Source: Eledone cirrhosa
Lineage: Eukaryota
Assembly (NCBI GenBank): GCA_964016885.1
Contig: OZ024753.1
Span: forward strand, 37,944,001 to 38,008,000
Direction: 5' to 3'
DNA: 64,000 nt
The notes below the pieces were generated by a model, which was given only the letters and a program-made list of their open reading frames with translations, searched no databases and was not told where the DNA came from. Within the stretch, counting starts at the first letter, position 1, and the number at the start of each line of letters is the position of its first letter. This document shows, piece by piece, positions 1 to 11,100 of this stretch. The position numbers were made by a program, and so were the translations under genes.

Positions 1-116
1 TTATAATTGTTTCTACGTTATGCACAAGGCCAGCAAATACCCAGTGCATTAATGGTACTTTATTTTATCGACCCCGTAAGGATGAAAGGCAAAGTCAACC
101 TCGGCGGGATTTGAAC
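1..116 (-). mobile_element. SINE fragment (family B, CORE-like cephalopod SINE)
   Basis: Reverse complement of the segment GTTCAAATCCCGCCGAGGTTGACTTTGCCTTTCATCCTTACGGGGTCGATAAAATAAAGTACC, also seen at 30195-30260 and 61896-61960. Confidence 0.75.
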
Positions 117-362
117 ACAATAATAATCATCTATACAATTATAGTTACGTATTTTTTCTCTTTTTAATTAGGACATAAGCGATATTTGAATGTTTTTGCT
201 TTTTAATTTGTAAAGCTTTAAGCGACCTTTATACGTTTAGCTACAAAACAGCTTATCTTTTGACGAGAAACAATAACAAACTTATCTTTAAGGTTTGGAA
301 AATGTTTTCTTTCTTTTGTATAGTTTGGTAATAATAATGAATAATTACATAGTTATGGCATA

Positions 363-682
363 GAAAAAAAATAATATCTTGGTTTTGTTACATTATAATC
401 TTATTTTTAATATTTTCAAATTGGTTAAATGATGTTTTGTAGTAACGCACGTGGTTTTTAAAATGACATTTTTATAGGAAGCGTTATACATCTGGTAAAT
501 GTTTATAATTATACACACACATATATGGTGAAATGATAGAAATTTACCAGATATATTTAACGCTCCCTATATAAAAATATCATTTTAAAAAAACCAAGTG
601 CGTTACTACAAAATATATTGAAAGTTTTAAAATTCAAAGTATTAAAAATAAGATTATAATATAACTACAAGATATTTTTTTT
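363..682. repeat. Long imperfect inverted repeat (MITE/foldback-like)
   Basis: Arms of about 140 bp pair, e.g. TTTTGTAGTAACGCAC/GTGCGTTACTACAAAA, ATTATAATCTTATTTTTAATA/TATTAAAAATAAGATTATAAT and TCTGGTAAAT/ATTTACCAGA. Confidence 0.7.
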
Positions 683-908
683 CAAGCACCCTCAAATATT
701 GGACGTCGTTCATAATGCATATAAACGTAAAATATAGGCCGACAAATACGGTATATTATTAATAATTTAGTGTTCAAAAGCATGAAGAAATATATATTGC
801 CATTAAAAAAATTGCAGAAGATATTTACGATTCCGCAAATATGCGTTGATTTCCACGAACAATTATTAGTTATGTTCTAAGGAAAATTCCGCGAATGGCA
901 TGGGTACA

Positions 909-943
909 ATATATATATATATATATATGTGTGTGTGTATATT

Positions 944-974
<31 letters not shown>

Positions 975-979
975 GTGTG

Positions 980-1012
<33 letters not shown>

Positions 1013-1700
1013 ATATATATATATGTGTGTGTGTGTATATATATATATATATGTGTGTGTATATATATATGTGTGTGTATATATATATATATGTGTGTGT
1101 ATATATATATATGTGTGTATATATATATATGTGTGTATATATATATATGTGTGTATATATATATGTGTGTATGTGTATATATGTGTGTATATATATATAT
1201 ATGTGTGTGTGTATATATATATGTGTGTGTATATATATATGTGTGTGTGTATATATATATATATATGTGTGTGTATATATATATGTATGTGTGTATATAT
1301 ACATGTGTGTGTGTGTGTATATATATGTGTGTGTGTGTGTATATATATATATATGTGTGTGTATATATATATGTGTGTATATATATATATGTGTGTATAT
1401 ATATATGTGTGTATATATATGTGTGTGTATATATATATGTGTGTATATATATATGTGTGTATATATATATATGTGTGTATATATATATGTGTGTGTGTAT
1501 ATATATGTGTGTGTGTGTGTATATATATGTGTGTGTGTATATATATATGTGTATATATATATATATGTGTGTGTATATATATATGTGTCTATATATATGT
1601 ATGTGTGTATATATACATGTGTGTGTGTGTATATATATATATGTGTGTGTGTATATATATATATATGTGTGTGTGTGTATATATGTATGTGTGTGTGTTT
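909..1700. repeat. Compound (TA)n(TG)n microsatellite
   Basis: About 790 bp of alternating TA and TG tracts; explains the spurious ORFs here. Confidence 0.95.
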
Positions 1701-1719
1701 ATATTAAAAATTGTATTTT

Positions 1720-1798
1720 AGGAATTTACATCAGGTATCGCACCTCAGGATGGTTGTTCAACATCAGGCGTAAGCACGAAGGTATTAGCATCTATTAA
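1720..1798 (+). mobile_element. RTE (BovB-like) LINE RT fragment, left part
   Basis: Translates GIYIRYRTSGWLFNIRR, resembling the RTE/BovB motif just upstream of YADD; continues after 3445. Confidence 0.65.
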
Positions 1799-3445
1799 CA
1801 CTGGTCTACAAGGTTTTTGGTGTTTAAGAAATAGACATCATTCCTATACAAAAATCAGTCTCCTGAATCCAAATATAACCTTCTTTTTGACCTATCAGAT
1901 CTAGTTTTTAAGTTATTGAGCATCCCTATAGTCCCTATGTATGTGTGTATGTCCAGTACGTTACCTTATTCTAATTCTAAGTTTATCTCTTTTTCCATAT
2001 TTTTTAGATATTGTGGTGAACTAAGCAATAGAAAATGAGCAAGATGTCCTCTTCAAGAAAATATTGTGTTAATTCTCCAAATGTGTTTTGTTATGTTTGT
2101 GGAAAATACACATTACGTGAAAATCGAAAAAACATCACTGATTTTGTTGAAAGAGTGTATATGGCATATTTTGGGGTCAAGCTGGGAGACCAAGATAAAT
2201 ATTGGGCACCGCATAGTGTCTGCAAACAATGTACAGAACATTTGCGACAATGGACTAAAGGGACAAGGAAAAGTATGAGGTTTGCTATACCAATGGTATG
2301 GCGGGAGCCCAATAATCACGTGGACGACTGCTATTTTTGTAACCTAAATTTGAAGGGTATTAACCGGAAAAATCGACAAACGCTTGTCTATCCTAATGTT
2401 GCCTCTGCTATTAGACCAGTTCCGCACAGTGAAGAGCTTTCTGTTCCTGTCTTCAATGTCTTGCCTCAGATAACTTTACCTTCAACCAAAGAAGAGTCAT
2501 CACCCGAAAGTGACACTAGAGATCAAGACTTTTCAGGTGAGACTTTACCTCAGCCATTCTCCCAAGTAGAGCTGAATGATCTAGTTCGTGACTTGAAACT
2601 CCCAAAAAATTCTGCAGAACTGTTGGCTTCCCGACTAAAAGAGAATAATCTTCTAGAGAATGGTGTCCGTATAACCTTTTATCGTTAGAGCTGCCAATAT
2701 TGGAAGAACCTTTAGTCGAGAGAGATAAGATCATTTTCCCCCCTTTGCACATCAAACTCGGATTGATCAAGCTATTCTTCAAAGCTCTTGAAAAAAATGG
2801 GGAGTGCTTCAAGTATATCTGCAGTGTATTTCCAGACTTGACGACTGAAAAACTAAGGGATTTTGATGGACCACAGGTCTGTAAGCTCTTGAAGGACACA
2901 AATTTCGTGAAAACGATGAGCGAAAATAAAGCATCAGCTTGGCTAGCCTTTGCAGGAGTAGTGCAAAATTTGCTTGGGAAACACAAAAGTGAAAACTATA
3001 AGACCTTGTTACCAACTTGATATCAACTTTTCGTTATATTGGCGCGAATATGAGCATCAAAATGCATGATCTTTTTAGTCTTGATTGTTTTCCTGAAAAT
3101 CTCAGATGTGACATCAAGGAGATGGAAACTCGGTACGATGGACATTGGGATGCTGTGATGATGGCAAACTATTGCTGGTGCACAAAGAAGCGTAAATCTA
3201 TTCCTTGAATTTTTTACCAAAAATTTTTGCCAATGTGCATTTTCAATTTAGAATTTTTATTTGTACTTTGTTTTGTGTTACGCTCTCTTTATTGATTCAT
3301 ATTATATGCCTCTTGTATCAATAAGTCAGAAAACTACTAGATAGAGAAAAACTGAAGTTATTTTTTAATGTAGCTGGCAAAATCACTTTAGAATTCATTG
3401 AAATATTCCAGGCACCAGACAAAAAAATATTTTTGTTGCCCAGTG
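1799..3445 (+). mobile_element. Chapaev3-type DNA transposon, internally deleted and frameshifted
   Basis: Termini CACTGG...CCAGTG with TAA/TTA flanks. ORF 2035-2688 has a Chapa-like Zn motif (FCYVCG...WAPHSVCKQC...WREPNNHVDDCYFC). Downstream pieces PPLHIKLGL, GPQV, MSIKMH and ANYCW are broken by stops and frameshifts. Confidence 0.75.
2035..3208 (+). pseudogene. Degenerate Chapaev3-like transposase
   Basis: Three consecutive ORF pieces (2035-2688, 2700-3020, 3017-3208); the catalytic-core middle appears missing between ITFYR and EEPLV. Confidence 0.7.
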
Positions 3446-3868
3446 TTATCCGAGAGTTTTGTATGCAGATGACTGATCTTTTTGTACACTCAGAAAGTGA
3501 CATGCAGCATATTATGAAGTCTTTTTCTGAAGCTTGCAGCACTTTAGGCCTCACAATAAGCTTGGACAAGACTTATGTACCAACCAGCACCTGGGAAAGA
3601 ATACACTATACCAAGTGTGTACGTGTATGGAAAGAGGCTAAAAGTTGCTGACAAGTTTCTTTACCTTGATAGTATGTTGAACATGCACACTTGATGATGA
3701 GATATCCTTAAGAATCAAGGAAGCCAGTGATGATGTTTGTGGTCCAGACAATCTATCACCATTGAAACTAAGGGGAATCTGACTTAGGTCCTCTTTGCTT
3801 TATGCTTGTGAAAGGTGGGTCACCTACAGAAAGCACATCGAGAAACTGGAAATGTTTCACCAACAATC
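3446..3868 (+). mobile_element. RTE (BovB-like) LINE RT fragment, right part
   Basis: IRE..LYADD (ttgtatgcagatgac), then SESDMQHIMKSFSEACSTLGLTISLDKT and a degenerate LLYACE...LEMFHQQ region. Confidence 0.7.
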
Positions 3869-3869
3869 T

Positions 3870-4400
3870 ATTTGTAAGATAGTTGGGGTGCGTTCGTCAG
3901 CGATTTGGAACCGAGCAGTCCTATATGATTGAGAGGGGATGATGCACTATATGTGAATAGTTGATATGTGTGTTCAGGTGGTAAAATTGGGGTCTGTCTG
4001 AATACCAGGGCGGAGAATGTACATTTTTTTGTGTGTCGGCATCTCACTATAATTCTCAATTTCAAATGAATTATAGCCAATTTTGATTTAATTATTTCTA
4101 CCAACTCCGCTAGGCACAATCTGCAGTGGCTTCCTCTGGTGGAATGTTGGGTCACACATCTCCTTATGGACCATTTGATCTGGTATTTTAGGTTTCTATC
4201 CCAGATCAGGTCAGCCAGTGGTTTGTGAACGCTTTCCTCTGTTGTTGAAGGAGCCTCTGTGGTTGTACAGCCGTTCCTTAAATGTATGTATATGGTCAGA
4301 CTGAGTTGCCCAATTTGGTGGTCTTGGTCTAAGTAAATGCTCCTCTCTCCAGGTCTACGTAAATAATCCTCCACCCTGGTGATCCTCATCATCTTTCAAA
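3870..4400 (-). mobile_element. Penelope-like element fragment (GIY-YIG C-terminal region)
   Basis: IKWSI...CRLCLAE...RCRHTKK pattern typical of Penelope endonuclease C-termini. Confidence 0.55.
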
Positions 4401-5047
4401 CATGGACTAGTTCTAACAGGGAGATGTATGAAGCTCTTCTACGATGGAGAGAGTTGGGTTTGTCTGTTCCTGACAAGATGGAAGACAAATGGAGTCAGAG
4501 AATTTGAGACAGCAATACACCTTTGACTCTCTTCGACCTGTCAGATCAGTTCTCAAGGTGCTGCTAGCGTCGTCTCCGAGATGTGTGTGATAAAAAAATT
4601 CACTGCATACTTAGTAAGAGTGATAATTTCATATAGATTTTCTACAAACTAGAGATTTCGAAAAAGAAATATATAGAGAGCTTAAAATGCCCAAGAAAGG
4701 GTGTATGGCGCCCCTCCGACTATCAGGAGTTACGGGACCATACATTTACATTCAGTATGTTTCAAAACTACCAAACCGATCTTGATGAAACTTGACGTGT
4801 GTGGGGCTCATGCCCAATTGATTTCTTACGTACTTTGAAGTTCCCAAAAAATCAATAATTTCCAATCTGCATCGATTTTTAAAAAACGAATAGGAAATTT
4901 GTATGCAAATGTCACTGTGCAAGCATTGTCAAACGTAACACAAGTTTTACATATTCTATGTCACCTGTTGCATGTCTAGGATTATTTTTCAAACGTCCCA
5001 CCTTTGCAAGCAGGCAAAAGCGGACGTAAAATGATGATGATCTATAC

Positions 5048-5189
5048 CAGGGGTTCCCAAACTTTTCTTCCTGCAGGCCAAATTGCTCTATTTATCATTC
5101 CCAGGCCTGATTGATCCCCAAAAAAATTGGATAATGTGTGGCGATTTGACAAAGACCTGAACCGAATGGCCGTAGTTTGGACACCCCTG
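5048..5189. mobile_element. hAT (Charlie-type) MITE
   Basis: TIRs CAGGGGTTCCCAAACT / AGTTTGGACACCCCTG with an 8-bp TSD ATCTATAC/GTCTATAC. Confidence 0.8.
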
Positions 5190-5269
5190 GTCTATACCAT
5201 TTATTAACCTAATTATTGATATAATTTTCATTGTTTATTAAAAGCGAATTTCTTTTACGTTTTTAAACA

Positions 5270-6124
5270 AGGAGGCTGCAGAAGACAGGGAAATTCGTCT
5301 ATCTGCAAAAAGAGCAGCCACTACCAGAGCACGTCAACTAGAGTCAGCAGAAGAGAGAGACGATCTTGCCTATCTGGAAACATGAAGGGCTACTGCAAGC
5401 AGTCATATGACCTGTGTGTCTCTTTAATGGTCGATAATCGGTTGTCAGGGTGATATCACGTTCGCCATGCTCTTCTCCAACCAAAATGATTCTTCACCTC
5501 ATTGGTTACAGGTGTATTGAATCACCGGGCATGCTCGCCAGCTGGCCGTCTGTCAGCTTTGATGATTACTTTCAGGTCAGGCACCGCCTCCATCCTCTCC
5601 AAAGCAAACTTGAAGCTGTTGACGTAAGCATGAGTTGAGTGAAGCATAGTCTGCAGCTGTGCAATGAAACTTGTTGACACCTTCATTAAGGTTTGTCTGT
5701 TCCTGACAAAATGGAGTCAGAGTGGTCTGGATAATTTTCTTTAGCAGTGACAGGCATGACCACATCGCAACAGAAGAAGCTACTGTGGCTGCTTAAAGAT
5801 AAAAAAATATTTGGTGATCTCAATGCTTGGATGTGCACCATCGAGTGGCAAAAACGGGGTCTGCCTCATTCTGATACACTAATTTGATGCAAGCAGGGAA
5901 TACGAACTGTACAATATCGTCACATGATACACGACCCCTGTGGTAGCCTAAACTCTTCATCCCCTTGGATGGAGAACAACAGGTTCCCTAGGCCATCCAC
6001 TGTACAGGCGTCACAAACCTGTGACTCAATAAAGAGTATGAAGTACGTCTGCAAATATATTAACGAGGGTTCAGCAGTTTTTGGAATAAGACTACAAGCT
6101 CCATTAGAGATATCTTCTTTCTAA
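5270..6124 (+). mobile_element. Helitron Rep fragments (degenerate, interrupted)
   Basis: TIEWQKRGLPHSDTLI (Rep motif 2) near 5835-5885; MIHDPCG...SPWM and SMKYVCKYINEG (Rep motif 3) at 5924-6075. Confidence 0.7.
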
Positions 6125-6180
6125 TTTGTCGAACGATTATAACATCGAGGTAGCACTCCACTGATCTGACAAACAGTTTG

Positions 6181-6258
6181 TTCCCTTACTAATCCAGCAG
6201 TTGTAAGTTCCCTTACTAATCCAGCAGTTGTAAGTTCCCTTACTAATCCAGCAGTTGT
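6181..6258. repeat. Short tandem repeat, ~27-bp unit x3
   Basis: TTCCCTTACTAATCCAGCAGTTGTAAG repeated. Confidence 0.8.
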
Positions 6259-6811
6259 TTCTTGAAAAAAAATTCTCAACTTTTACCAGTGAAATAATTA
6301 AATATTTGACTCCATTGGAAAACTGATGAAGACATTCAGCTTTACCATGGCAGAAGTGACCACCTTTTCCGACAGGTACTCATGCACACATTCTGCAGGA
6401 ACAGGTTTTCTCGTATGAATATATGCTTATATTTATGTATATATAATAAAAGACAAAATCGGAAGAGATTTAATAAAGTTTAGATTTTTTTTTATTGACA
6501 ACATATGTCTACATATACATATTCTTCTCCAGATACAAGGATCATATGCTGTGCTGTTTGCTGTAACCAAGTATTTGCAAGTGGCGAATTTTCTGTTAAT
6601 AAAAAGTATACATATTTTAAATGAATTGTTTATTTTATATAATATAGATATTACAAATTGTGTTAATAAAAGAAACTAAGAATATAAATAAATTATACAT
6701 TTAAAAAAAAAAAAAAGCATGGTAGGTGGTCAGGACAGTCCCACGTCCGCTTTTCCATATATAAAGAAATCTTTACATTTATGCACGGCTCCGTTACTAC
6801 TTTGACAATCT

Positions 6812-6995
6812 CATTAAAGGGAGAGAACTTTTTTTTTTTTAAATTTATAAAAGAGTAACCTCCCTTTAATAAGCGGATAACATTTTAGTGAAGGGAGAGA
6901 ACTCTTTAAAAGGAAGAGTATTCTCCCTTTAATAAGCGCCCAATTTCATTAAAGGGAGAGAACTCTTTAAAAAGAAGAGTATTCTCCCTTTAATA
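6812..6995. repeat. Three tandem hairpin units (~61-74 bp period)
   Basis: TTAAAGGGAGAGAACTCTT...AAGAGTATTCTCCCTTTAA x3. Confidence 0.7.
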
Positions 6996-7014
6996 AACGA
7001 AAAATATAAAATGA

Positions 7015-7565
7015 CACTGAAGTGTCTTAAAATAAAGAAACCAAGAATGTAAATGAAGTGTTGAAAAAAGAAACTAAGAATGTAAATGAAGTGTCTTAAA
7101 ATAAAGAAACTAAGAATGTAAATGAAGTGTCTTAAAATAAAGAAACCAAGAATGTAAATGAAGTGTCTTGAAACTAAGAATGTAAATGAAGTGTCTTAAA
7201 ATAAAGAAACCAAGAATGTAAATGAAGTGTCGAAAAAAGAAACTAAGAATGTAAAATGAAGTGTCTTAAAATAAAGAAACTAAGAATGTAAAATGAAGTG
7301 TCTTAAAATAAAGAAACCAAGAATGTAAATGAAGCGTCGAAAAAAAGAAACTAATATGTAAATGAAGTGTCTTAATATGTATATGAAGCGTCGAAAAAAA
7401 GAAACTAATATGTAAATGAAGTGTCTTAATATGTATATGAAGCGTCGAAAAAAAGAAACTAATATGTAAATGAAGTGTCTTAATATGTATATCAAGCGTC
7501 GAAAAAAGAAACTAATATGCAAATGAAGTGTCGAGAATAAATTATATATATAAGTGAAGTGCCTT
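7015..7565. repeat. AT-rich minisatellite (~35-bp unit, shifting to ~58-bp dimers)
   Basis: AAACTAAGAATGTAAATGAAGTGTCTTAAAATAAAG and variants. Confidence 0.9.
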
Positions 7566-8159
7566 AATATGCTAAGATAAATGTAATTGAGCGTCGATAA
7601 ATAAATTCTTAAAAATCAAGGGAGATAATATATAAGGGGAGATAATTCACATTTTTTTCAGTAAAAATTCTCCGAGATGGTCTGGGACGGGCCAGTATCT
7701 ACGTACCAGCCCAGACAGTCCCAGGCCCACTTAGCAATCGTACGCCACCACGAATCGAACGTCAACCACATGGATTGATAGTCTGAGACGCAGCTCGCAC
7801 GCCACCTCGAAGGCCGCAATTCTACTAAGCAAATTAAGCATACTTATAGCTACTTTTGACACTTTTTGTTATAAAAAAAAAATAAACGAAACAAAGGGAG
7901 GTAATTCTAATTAAATATATTTTTATGAGAAAATTATTAGCCCACTGGTGGGTGGTATTTGACGATGAGGGAGGGATTCGATCTATGTTTTTTTTCCTCT
8001 TTAGACCAGTGGATTAATAATTTTCTTATGAAAATTTGTATTTTGAAAGAATTACCTCCATTAATTTCGTTTACATTTTAAAAAAATGAATAATCACTTA
8101 CCTCCGTATAGGCGACAGTCCAGTAACATTATTGCCGTGCTCTAATCTGGTACTGACCT

Positions 8160-11100
8160 GCATTTAGTTGGACGTAGGACATTCTAAAGGGTGTGCTAAA
8201 TCCGTTACTTTCACCTACTAACCTCACATTGACCGAGTTTTAGCTGGCCGTAGAGGACCAGGGTTTAGCTGGCCCTAGGAGAGCCTACAAGCAAACTATG
8301 TGCTAAAACCGTTACTTTCAATCTCTAACCTGGCATCATCCAGGGTTTAGCTGGCCATAGAGGAACCTGCGAGAAGAACACGTCATTAAACTGTATGATT
8401 CACCCTCACACTTAGAGAATCCTAGAAGTTTACACCCTTAAACTGGTCCTTTCGCTCTCTAAGCAGACACTGACTATGGTTTAGCTGGCCGTAGAGGAGG
8501 CTACAAGAAGTATGTCCTTAAAGTGATTATTTCGCCCTCTCAACTGGCATTGACCGAATTTTAGCTGGCCGTAGAGGACCAGGGTTTAGCTGGTCATATA
8601 GGACCACGTTTAGCTGGCTGGAGAGGATCAGAGTTTACCTGGTCGTGTAGGACTTTTAGCCAGCCGTCGTGTACCAGTATACGTCCTTAAACTGGTCCTT
8701 TCGCTCTCTAAGCAGACACTGACTATGGTTTAGCTAAACGTAGAGGACCCTACAAGAAGTATACCACCTTAAAGTGATTATTTCGCCCTCCCAACTGGCA
8801 TTGACGGAGTTTTAGCTGGCCATAGAGGACCAGGGTTTAGCTGGCCATAGAGGACCAAGGTTTAGGTGGTCGTATACGACCAGGGTTTAGCTGGTCGTAG
8901 AGGACCAGGGTTTAGCTGGTCGTATAGGACCAGGGTTTAGCTGGCCGTAGAGGACCAGGCTTTAGCTGGTCGTATAGGACCAGGCTTTAGCTGGTCGTAG
9001 AGGACCAGGGTTTAGCTGGCCGTAGAGGACCAGGCTTTAGCTGGTCGTATAAGACCAGGCTTTAGCTGGTCGTAGAGGACGAGGGTTTAGCTGGTCGTAG
9101 AGGACCAAGGTTTAGGTGGTCGTAGAGGACCAGGTTTTAGCTGGTCGTAGAGGACGAGGGTTTAGCTTGTCATAGAGGACGAGGGTTTAGCTGGCCGTAG
9201 AGGATCAGGGTTTAGCTGACTGTAGAGGACTGGGGTTTAGCTGGTCATACAGGACCAGAGTTTAGTTGGCTGTAGAGGACCAAGGAGAGTCTACAAGCAA
9301 ACCACGCCCTAAAGCCGTTACTTTCACTCTGTAAACAGGCATCATCCAGAGTGTAGCTAGACCTAGTGGACCAGAGTTTAACTGGTCGTATAGAACAAGG
9401 ATTTAGCGGGACCTATGAGAGCCTATAAGCAAACCACGCGTTAAATCCGTTTCTTTCACCCACTAACCTTGCATTGACCCGAGTGTAGCTAACCGTTGAG
9501 GAACCTGCAAGTAGTATACGTCATTAAACTGTTTGACTCACCCTCATACTTGGCCATAGAAAATCCTAGAAGTTTACACCCTTTAACTGGTCCTTTCGCT
9601 CTCTAAACAGACAGTGACTATGGTTTAGCTAGACGTAGAGGACCCTACAAGAAGTATACCACCTTAAAGTGATTATTTCGCCCTCCCAACTGGCATTGAC
9701 CGAGTGTTAGCTGGCCATAGAGGACCAGGGTTTAGCTGGCCATAGAGGACCAGGGTTTAGCTGGACATAGAGGACCAAGGTTTAGCTGGACATAGAGGAC
9801 CAAGGTTTAGCTGGCCATAGAGGACCAGGGTTTAGCTGGACATAGAGGACCAAGGTTTAGCTGGTCGTAGAGGACCAGGGTTTAGCTGGTCGTAGAGGAC
9901 CAGGGTTTAGCTGGTCGTAGAGGACCAGGGTTTAGCTGGTCGTAGAGGACCAGGGTTTAGCTGGTCGTATAGGACCAGCGTTTAGCTGGCCATAGAGGAC
10001 CAAGGTTTAGCTGGCCGTAGAGGACCAAGCTTTAGCTGGTCGTATAGGACCAGTGTTTAGCTGGTCGTATAGGACCAGCGTTTAGCTGGCCATAGAGGAC
10101 CAAGGTTTAGCTGGTCGTATAGGACCAGGGTTTAGCTGGCCGTAGAGGACCAGGGTTTAGCTGGGCGTAGAGGACCAGGGTATAGCTGGCCGTAGAGGAC
10201 CAGGCTTTAGCTGGTCGTATAGGACCAGGCTTTAGCTGGTCGTATAGGACCAGGCTTTAGCTGGTCGTAGAGGACCAGGGTTTAGCTGGTCGTAGAGGAC
10301 CAGGGTTTAGTTGGTCGTAGAGGACCAGGGTTTAGGTGGTCGTAGAGGACCAGGGTTTAGTTGGTTGTAGAGGACCAAGGTTTAGGACCAGTCTTTAGCT
10401 GGTCGTATAGGACCAGGCTTTAGCTGGTCGTATAGGACTAGGCTTTAGCTGGTCATAGAGGACCAGGGTTTAGTTGGTTGTAGAGGACCAAGGTTTAGGA
10501 CCAGTCTTTAGCTGGTCGTATAGGACCAGGCTTTAGCTGGTCGTATAGGACCAGTCTTTAGCTGGTCGTATAGGACCAGGGTTTAGCTGGCCGTATAGGA
10601 CCAGCGTTTAGCTGGCCATAGAGGACCAAGGTTTAGCTGGCCGTAGAGGACCAAGCTTTAGCTGGTCGTATAGGACCAGTGTTTAGCTGGTCGTATAGGA
10701 CCAGCGTTTAGCTGGCCATAGAGGACCAAGGTTTAGCTGGCCGTAGAGGACCAAGCTTTAGCTGGTCGTATAGGACCAGGGTTTAGCTGGCCGTAGAGGA
10801 CCAGGGTTTAGCTGGGCGTAGAGGACCAGGGTATAGCTGGCCGTAGAGGACCAGGCTTTAGCTGGTCGTATAGGACCAGGCTTTAGCTGGTCGTATAGGA
10901 CCAGGCTTTAGCTGGTCGTAGAGGACCAGGGTTTAGCTGGTCGTAGAGGACCAGGGTTTAGTTGGTCGTAGAGGACCAGGGTTTAGTTGGTCGTAGAGGA
11001 CCAGGGTTTAGTTGGTTGTAGAGGACCAAGGTTTAGGACCAGTCTTTAGCTGGTCGTATAGGACCAGGCTTTAGCTGGTCGTATAGGACCAGGCTTTAGC

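Noticed and set aside
870-1798. Long Y/I/C/V-rich ORFs (up to 289 aa)
   Set aside because: Translations of a (TA)n(TG)n microsatellite; the same applies to similar ORFs at about 17.3, 26.5, 27.9, 41.4, 49.2 and 63.3 kb.
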